Part shown: piece by piece, positions 1 to 5,838 of the stretch | How positions within the stretch are numbered: position 1 is the first letter of the stretch | How the letters are laid out: every line of letters begins with the position of its first letter | Assembly (NCBI GenBank): GCA_048882505.1 | Contig: JBHLRO010000024.1 | Coordinates: 1 to 32,000 of the forward strand | DNA from: Candidatus Thorarchaeota archaeon | GTDB taxonomy: Archaea > Asgardarchaeota > Heimdallarchaeia > Hodarchaeales > Hodarchaeaceae | DNA length: 32,000 nucleotides | Direction of reading: 5' to 3' | Translations under genes and position numbers: made by a program | Notes under the pieces: model-generated | What the model saw: the letters and a program-made list of their open reading frames with translations, nothing else | What the model was told of the DNA's origin: nothing | The model's database searches: none

Positions 1-1977
1 AACTACACGGACATCCCATTGTGTGAGAGGGGCTATAAGACGGGGTTTACCTATATTGTATACCACTTGAAGCTGGTGGAGAGGATAACTTTCGATTGGT
101 CTGTTCAACGGACGTTTGACCTTGAGGGTGGGGATGGAGCCTTTGACGATCGTGGCTTTATCCTCCCCAGACAGGAGTATCCCCAAAGGGCGGTAATTGA
201 ATACAATATTCGAGGAACTGTCTGCCAGTTTTTGTAGGTGCACATTCCATAAAGTAGTATCAACCAAAGATAATGTTTTTTTGGGATAGCTTTTGGGAGC
301 AAAAAGTGGATAAGGACGACCTTTCGAAGCAATGGTTAGTTTTTGTTCCTGTTCCTCATAAGTAAACTCTACACCTTCTTTGATCGACACATAATCTGAT
401 CGTCCTAGGATTACACTAAAAGGATTATCTGGATGAGGAACAAAGGTTTGCTGCTTATCTAGTCTTGGTACCTGTTCCGGTGGCTGGAATAGATATTCTT
501 TTGCTAAGCTGCTTAGATGGGGATCTATCGTATTCAAATCGTAGGTTATAGAATGTTCATCTGATAACTGACAGATATATTTTCCTTCCTGCGCCATTTC
601 TCTGGAAAGAAACGAGTACTGCGTCTTGCATCGACAAGTCACAGTTTTACTGGTCGTGGGTAGTTCGCTCAGAGGAGTGTAACACCGTACACATCTGGCC
701 TCCGTTGAATGGGGAGGAAATAATGCCACATTTTCAGGGATTCTTGGTGCCCAGAATAGACAGGCAACATACCGAGACGAAATTGGTCGAATTCTTTCCT
801 CATATATCGGAATGACGGGAATTGGTATATCTTCATCTCGAGTGATATGGCTTTTCTTCTCCAAATACTCCAGTTTTTTAAAAAAAACACAATCATACTT
901 CGTGCGTTTTGAGAAATACACACAGCTCTGACAGGTAAACTGCAAGTGATTTGCTTGGTGGACTAGTCGGGAATAATGGGATTTACAAGTGGTAGTAAAG
1001 ACGAGTACTCGACGTTTCCGCGGTGCCTTAAACTTGAGCTTTTGAAAACGTAAATTTTGACGAATATAATTAATGGCATCAAAAGCACTCAACTTGATTG
1101 TATTTAGCTCACGTAGATATGGGTTCCTGTCAAGAAAGGTTTTTTCTCGGCTCGTAAGCGGCCTCTCCATCACCCAAGTAACGGTACGCATGTATTGGGA
1201 GACGCTCACTTTGGTTCCTTGGGCTGCTTCTCGGGCACACTCAAGAATGTCAAGATAGAGAAGACCAGGTTGTGAATCAGGATGGAGTTTAGATTTAGAG
1301 ACCAACCACTGATAGATCGTAATTATAACTTCTGCTAGGAGCACCCCACGTTTCATTTCATGAGGACCAGGAAGAGAAAAGGGTTCCTTTGGGGGATCCC
1401 TCAATGATCTATATTTGGAATATTTCTTTACCATTCTCCCAGCTTGAGTATGCTTATACATGGCCTGAAGTTTCTCATTGATTATTGGTTGAATTTCTTC
1501 AAGTAATGTTGATTTATTCTCACTCCACCCAAAAGCCCGAAATAAAACCTCTTGAAAGAGTCGGAGTTGTCGTGCAGCGAACTCCCGTTTCATTGTGTTA
1601 ATATACCATTCACAGCTCAGGACAACTAAGCGTTGGAAATCAGTATAATTGATTTGTTTACTTGTGAATTTTTCCTCAGTTCGTCTTATTCCTGAGCTTA
1701 CTTGAAGTTTAGCGATATGATTAATGTAATCCGCACAATTCAACCCGTGGGCTCGAAAATATTTTCCAAGTATCGAGGTTTGATAGTACTTTCGTTTTAA
1801 CAGGCCGCTCAAACGCAAGATTTTGACGAGTCGCAGGATTTCTGACGGGAGTTCACCTTGGCATTTCAACAAATCCTTGAGATAAGCTTCGAAAACTGGT
1901 TTGGGTTGAATCTGATACCCTATCTCGAAAATGCCCTGGATCAGACCTTCATCTAGTGAAGGAATGGAATCTTGCAT
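1..1977 (-). CDS. Large multidomain protein, partial (659 codons visible, runs off the left edge); putative highly diverged Cas1-family integrase with Zn-binding clusters
   Basis: Hand translation of the minus strand from ATG 1977 (MQDSIPSLDEGLIQ...) gives no stop down to base 1, which is why the ORF track misses it. Motifs: E168 (TLLEEIQPIINEKLQAMY), RSLRDPPKEPF (190-200), LH232...LYLD243ILE246CAR. This matches the Cas1 R..RPP.DP and LH...L.LD..E..R pattern and spacing. Cys clusters C349/352/363/406 and C429/432/448/450. CDS is solid; the Cas1 call is about 0.55. Confidence 0.85.
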   Translation of the reverse strand, partial: MQDSIPSLDEGLIQGIFEIGYQIQPKPVFEAYLKDLLKCQGELPSEILRLVKILRLSGLLKRKYYQTSILGKYFRAHGLNCADYINHIAKLQVSSGIRRTEEKFTSKQINYTDFQRLVVLSCEWYINTMKREFAARQLRLFQEVLFRAFGWSENKSTLLEEIQPIINEKLQAMYKHTQAGRMVKKYSKYRSLRDPPKEPFSLPGPHEMKRGVLLAEVIITIYQWLVSKSKLHPDSQPGLLYLDILECAREAAQGTKVSVSQYMRTVTWVMERPLTSREKTFLDRNPYLRELNTIKLSAFDAINYIRQNLRFQKLKFKAPRKRRVLVFTTTCKSHYSRLVHQANHLQFTCQSCVYFSKRTKYDCVFFKKLEYLEKKSHITRDEDIPIPVIPIYEERIRPISSRYVACLFWAPRIPENVALFPPHSTEARCVRCYTPLSELPTTSKTVTCRCKTQYSFLSREMAQEGKYICQLSDEHSITYDLNTIDPHLSSLAKEYLFQPPEQVPRLDKQQTFVPHPDNPFSVILGRSDYVSIKEGVEFTYEEQEQKLTIASKGRPYPLFAPKSYPKKTLSLVDTTLWNVHLQKLADSSSNIVFNYRPLGILLSGEDKATIVKGSIPTLKVKRPLNRPIESYPLHQLQVVYNIGKPRLIAPLTQWDVRVV

Positions 1978-2253
1978 AAAAGCCCTCAGATACTCCTGTT
2001 TGAATATAAATCATAAATCCAACGCTTTTTTATTATTTTAAAGTATTATAAAGGGATATATGATTTATTCTATATAGAATTAAATTGCTAAAAAAGGTAT
2101 CTATGAATATTAATAAAAAAGTTTTGGTAGATTTTTCTGCATCAACGTTACAGGAGATCCCTGTCCCACTGTGGATACTATTCAATAGATATAATAATCA
2201 CAGCACGACCAAACTAAGAGGACAATCATTAAATTCTTTGGAAGTAATCAAAG
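1978..2253. promoter_or_regulatory. AT-rich divergent promoter region between the Cas1-like gene and the RAMP operon
   Basis: Very AT-rich with TATA-like runs. Inverted pair ATAAATCATA (2006-2015) / TATGATTTAT (2059-2068) and perfect palindrome ATTCTATATAGAAT (2067-2080). Confidence 0.55.
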
Positions 2254-2709
2254 ATGAATTTAAAGTCCAATAAACCGCATCCCGTAAGCTTTGCATCTAT
2301 GACCTGGCAAGAGCTGGCAGTCAAGCAACTATTAGTCAGGGAAGACATCCCGTTTGTCCAGCAGAAAAAAATCACACTGGGGGGCTGTCATATGATCCTG
2401 GATTTTGAGATTGGCGGAGAAATTCTGCTAGAAGTGTCTGCTACGCGCATGCATCGCCACGGAGTGAGTCTGAAACTGAAAGCACTCCAAATTGAAGCCA
2501 AGTATGCCCGGATCAAAAAGGAACATACCTATCAATTGTGGGTATTGTTTGAATCGAGGCGAAGAGTCCATCGGCGACTCTTCAATACGCTTCAACGTCG
2601 AATGCCTTCTGCTGACCTACTACTTACTTCTCGACGGCAGCTCAGAAAAAGCTTGCGATCGGTATTTCTCGCTGAATATCGACAAAAGGGAGTGCCTCAG
2701 CATGTCTAA
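2254..2709 (+). CDS. PD-(D/E)XK restriction-endonuclease-fold protein (DUF559/Vsr-like)
   Basis: WQELAVKQLL..DIPFVQQKKI..ILDFEIGGEILLEVSA fits the E-helix / D-F / E-V pattern of this fold. Stop overlaps the ATG of the next gene (CATGTCTAA). Confidence 0.65.
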   Translation: MNLKSNKPHPVSFASMTWQELAVKQLLVREDIPFVQQKKITLGGCHMILDFEIGGEILLEVSATRMHRHGVSLKLKALQIEAKYARIKKEHTYQLWVLFESRRRVHRRLFNTLQRRMPSADLLLTSRRQLRKSLRSVFLAEYRQKGVPQHV

Positions 2710-3595
2710 GAAATCAGGTCAAAAGCCGTCTCAGAGAGTCAGGTTTCTGAATGGACCACGAAAGATCTTGAAATTCTGGTGCCATACACCCATTGCCAAA
2801 CCCCTCAATGGAGCGGCCCCGAAAAGCAAGAGTTCATACATGTTGAAACTCGTCCCCGTGTCCTACTCATATGAAGGAAATGCCAAGGTAAATGGAAAAA
2901 CCCAGAAGGTCACTAAAACATCCACTGCGGACAGTTATCTCATTAAAGGCCTACGTGGCGCCCTTCGACACAAAGTGATGGCGTTATGTTATGAAGCAGG
3001 GTTAGACGTCTGCCATACTTCCGATAAGCTGGAAGATAAACATCAAAATTCCCTCATCCCACCAGGGTTCCATCCGTTAGGGGAGTGTGCAACAAATGGC
3101 GAGAGCTGCATCATCCACCAAATCTTTGGCTCCATAAGGCACGCTAGTATTATCTCCGTTTCTGCCCCCCCAATCATCCGTTTCATAGAAAAATCCGCTC
3201 AATTGACGGCAACGGTCCAGCAAGTCCATATGGCCACCGAAAACCGTACGTGTATGAGTTTTGATCAAAGACCTATCCAAGACTTTTCGGAATCATACCT
3301 GAGCGGGACCTTTGCGTTTGAAGTCGATGTGACCTTGTGTACCCCAGAACAACTGGGCTTGCTCATCGAAGCCGGGTATCAATTGGAGAAACTTGGTCGA
3401 GGTTATAACTCGGGGTATGGACATCTTTACGTTCGCAAGTTTCAACTTCACAGAAAAACAAAGAAACGAGTGATTAAGACGGTTAAGGAGGAATTTGTGG
3501 TTCATGAACAGGTGTCAGAAGAACCCCTGAACCATGAGGTACCCCAGGCCTTGGGGGCCTGGGCACAGTATCGGGAGGAGCATAGGTGCAATTAA
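2702..3595 (+). CDS. cas7: Cas7-group RAMP (Csm3/Csf2-like backbone subunit), 297 aa
   Basis: IKGLRGALRH (RAMP s.kGalR motif), C..C..CIIHQIFGS (Zn / +FG motif), C-terminal G-rich loop LEKLGRGYNSGYGHL. Start moved from 2492 to ATG 2702, which overlaps the upstream stop by 8 nt. Confidence 0.8.
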   Translation: MSKKSGQKPSQRVRFLNGPRKILKFWCHTPIAKPLNGAAPKSKSSYMLKLVPVSYSYEGNAKVNGKTQKVTKTSTADSYLIKGLRGALRHKVMALCYEAGLDVCHTSDKLEDKHQNSLIPPGFHPLGECATNGESCIIHQIFGSIRHASIISVSAPPIIRFIEKSAQLTATVQQVHMATENRTCMSFDQRPIQDFSESYLSGTFAFEVDVTLCTPEQLGLLIEAGYQLEKLGRGYNSGYGHLYVRKFQLHRKTKKRVIKTVKEEFVVHEQVSEEPLNHEVPQALGAWAQYREEHRCN

Positions 3596-4407
3596 GTCTT
3601 GAAGGCCAGATCTTGACTCCAATCGTAACGAAGAGAACATTCTTTCATCTCATGGGGTGTCAGTTTCGCATCCTACGGCCTCGGCGACGCTATTACACAA
3701 AAATTACGGTGGGTAAACCCATGTACCCCTACTCCTTCATCTGTTACCTTGGAAGCCTCCAAGTTACGTATTCCTGTAAAACCAAAACTCAGGCGAAACG
3801 GAAACTAATTAGCCTCCTCAAGATCGAATCAATCGGGCGTTTCAGTAGCGAAGGAATGGGAAAGATTCAATGGGAAACGGGGCGAATTCGCCAAAATAGG
3901 TGTTTCTTTCAACGGAAAAGATATTCCAAGATTCGGATACGGCAAGGGCTCCCCCAGTACTTACCCCCGCTCGCGCTCAGATTGATCAGGTACGGATTAC
4001 TTCACGATTTTGTCCATACGTCCAGACATCCCTCCAAAATTTATGTTGAACCTCAAGTCAAGGAGGTAGATCTGTTGCGACGACATCATGACCTCACTGA
4101 TGACCCATTTATTCGACGATTCCAGCAATATGATCGGTTGGCATCTCGAATTACCCGTCGGATCAAGTCTCCTCGCCAAAACCGCTACAATTGGCAGTCT
4201 AACCAGACCCTGGACTTTGAAAAACTCGCGACTGAAATTACAGAGGTAGCCAACAAGTCGGTCTGGAAACTCTACCACTACATCTATGAATCCACGGAAC
4301 TGGCCCAACTCACTGAAAGCCTGCAGTTTGGACATACATCCCTGCGCTACCATCTCCTCCTCATAGCTAATTTGATCGTGCGAGACTTTCAACCTCGCGG
4401 GAGTTGA
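3586..4407 (+). CDS. Cas5-like RAMP fused to an HD nuclease domain (Cas10-type circular permutation)
   Basis: GTG start after GGAGG, 10-nt overlap with cas7. N-terminal LEGQILTPIV and G-loop SIGRFSSEGMGKIQW. C-terminal LLH140D141, H167H168, YD183RLAS, then TSLRYH256LLLIANL. Confidence 0.72.
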   Translation: MQLSLEGQILTPIVTKRTFFHLMGCQFRILRPRRRYYTKITVGKPMYPYSFICYLGSLQVTYSCKTKTQAKRKLISLLKIESIGRFSSEGMGKIQWETGRIRQNRCFFQRKRYSKIRIRQGLPQYLPPLALRLIRYGLLHDFVHTSRHPSKIYVEPQVKEVDLLRRHHDLTDDPFIRRFQQYDRLASRITRRIKSPRQNRYNWQSNQTLDFEKLATEITEVANKSVWKLYHYIYESTELAQLTESLQFGHTSLRYHLLLIANLIVRDFQPRGS

Positions 4408-4410
4408 AAC
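4386..4410 (+). repeat. Single CRISPR-repeat-like palindrome overlapping the Cas5-HD stop codon
   Basis: CTTTCAACCTCGCGGGAGTTGAAAC: TTTCAAC/GTTGAAA arms and a 3' GTTGAAAC end. No exact second copy seen. Confidence 0.35.
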
Positions 4411-4421
4411 CCTTGCACACC

Positions 4422-4495
4422 CCTGTCATAGTGTTCCGTTGGTTTGACGACGAAAGCAGAAGAGCTGGAGTCAAACTGCCCAAGGGCTATGCAGG
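4422..4495 (+). ncRNA. Candidate structured RNA or terminator: long imperfect hairpin in the Cas5-HD / wHTH intergenic gap
   Basis: CCTG(T)CATAG pairs with CTATGCAGG, TCC(G)TTG with CAAGGG, and GTTTGAC with GTCAAAC; about 22 bp in total, read by eye. Confidence 0.4.
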
Positions 4496-4507
4496 TATTA
4501 TCATGAT

Positions 4508-4528
4508 GTCATATACAATTAATATGAC
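4508..4528. promoter_or_regulatory. Palindromic operator-like site upstream of the wHTH gene
   Basis: GTCATAT-acaatta-ATATGAC, perfect 7-bp arms overlapping a TATA-like AT run, 26 bp before ATG 4555. Confidence 0.45.
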
Positions 4529-4554
4529 TCTGATTTTCTTAAGATCCGAGATCA

Positions 4555-4863
4555 ATGGCATCAAATCAACTAGTCCACGACTCGATGGTGACGAAAAGAA
4601 AGGAACGGAGACCGCCCCAACTGCCAGGGGTGCCAGAGAGAGAGAAAAAGGCAATAGTTCATGAGCTGGATCGCAATATTTATGCGATTCTAAGGCGAGA
4701 AGGGCCGTTGACCCGCTCTAATCTGGTATCACTGACAGGGATAGCACGAACAACATTATATGACAGTCTCCTGAGGCTAATTGTGAAAGGCTACGTGACA
4801 CGGTTCTCAGAGGAACGCAAAGAACGTGGGCGTCCGAAAGTCTTCTTTCAAGCAACGGGATAG
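4555..4863 (+). CDS. Winged helix-turn-helix (TrmB-like) DNA-binding protein
   Basis: LDRNIYAILRREGPLTRSNLVSLTGIARTTLYDSLLRLIVKGYV...RGRPKVFF: classic archaeal wHTH with RGRP wing. Confidence 0.85.
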   Translation: MASNQLVHDSMVTKRKERRPPQLPGVPEREKKAIVHELDRNIYAILRREGPLTRSNLVSLTGIARTTLYDSLLRLIVKGYVTRFSEERKERGRPKVFFQATG

Positions 4864-4868
4864 GCGTG

Positions 4869-5033
4869 GTTTAAATCTAACGGCATTTTAAAGTAGTTGC
4901 CGTGGGAAGTCCCTGAATATGACGGGATTTTAAGAATCCGCTTCTGTATTTCACGTTTTTCTCTCTAGAACGGGTTTTTTTCTGTTGTTTTTTATTCGGT
5001 GTTTTGATCCCGAGAATAAAGGGATTATTGAAC
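4869..5033. repeat. Cluster of degenerate direct repeats and small hairpins downstream of the RAMP locus
   Basis: ACGGCATTTTAA (4880), ACGGGATTTTAA (4922), ACGGGTTTTT (4970), AGGGATTATTGAA (5020). Two TCCC-..GAATA..-GGGA hairpins near 4910 and 5008. Confidence 0.35.
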
Positions 5034-5481
5034 CGTAAAATCATTGAATGTATTCAGCACGACTGCCCCTGCCCAACACAGATAGGTGAGAAGGGACCGC
5101 CATTCAAAGATTGCGGCATTTTTAAAGATTTCACCTCCCACCAACGTCGTCAATGCGAACACTAGGTCAATAAATGGAACGAAAAATCCCCAATAACCAG
5201 CTATTTTACTGCTATGGGGAAGAGAAAATAGGAACCCAATAGTGAATATTAAAACGGGGAAAAAAGTAAGATAGATCAAAAACTGAAGAGAAAATGAAAC
5301 GGAAAGTTGACAGATTCCAAAAAACGCCACTCATGGCAATCATGATGCCATTGATTTTACACCGAATCTTCGCTTGAGTATCCTTAGATACCAGGGTCAA
5401 TATAAGATGGCAAAATAGCTGGGTAGTACAAAGGTACCTCGACAAGCAGCATGGCCACAATACGATAGTTAGGGGAACCAC
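5025..5481 (-). pseudogene. Probable frameshifted or decayed multi-pass membrane protein gene
   Basis: Two overlapping hydrophobic ORF fragments in different frames (5212..5481 and 5025..5330) with no clean start. Could also be sequencing error or spurious ORFs. Confidence 0.3.
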
Positions 5482-5838
5482 CGTTCTCTTGCGAGGGATA
5501 GCGGGATTCGAAACGAGCAGTATCCATGCTTATGGCATCCCATAATATCAGTTTTTTTTTGATATCTGAATGTAGCCAAGAGTCTAAAGATATGGCGAAA
5601 TCAAGAGCTTAGAAGGGATCAAATTATCTGGATAGGATGTTGATCATCTTCAAAATGATGATATCCCTGTATTGGGATTCAAAATAGGTTCCAACAGTAG
5701 GGGAGGCAAAAAACAATGTAGAGGTGTCGGAGCTGGAAGATCTGGGCCGTTTTTAAAAGGACTTTATAAGGCGACAAAAAGCTATTTATGATTCAGACTC
5801 GAACTCAATGATGTCAGTAGGATTCGGAGAGAAGTGAG

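Noticed and set aside
19-1258. Short ORF-track calls 19..237, 105..332, 669..923 and 1073..1258
   Set aside because: All are shadows of the single uninterrupted minus-strand frame 1977 to <1.
1-1977. Interpretation as a decayed IS or pseudogene region
   Set aside because: The frame has no stops over 659 codons and I saw no DDE or Y1 transposase motif.
2492-2701. N-terminal extension of Cas7 in the ORF track
   Set aside because: It overlaps the upstream nuclease gene by over 200 nt; ATG 2702 gives a typical coupled start.
4404-4664. 86-aa ORF between Cas5-HD and wHTH
   Set aside because: It overlaps the wHTH gene, covers hairpin and operator-like sequence, and has no recognisable motif. Not fully excluded.
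5490-5515. tRNA T-loop-like TTCGAATCCCGC on the minus strand
   Set aside because: No acceptor, D or anticodon arms can be built around it.
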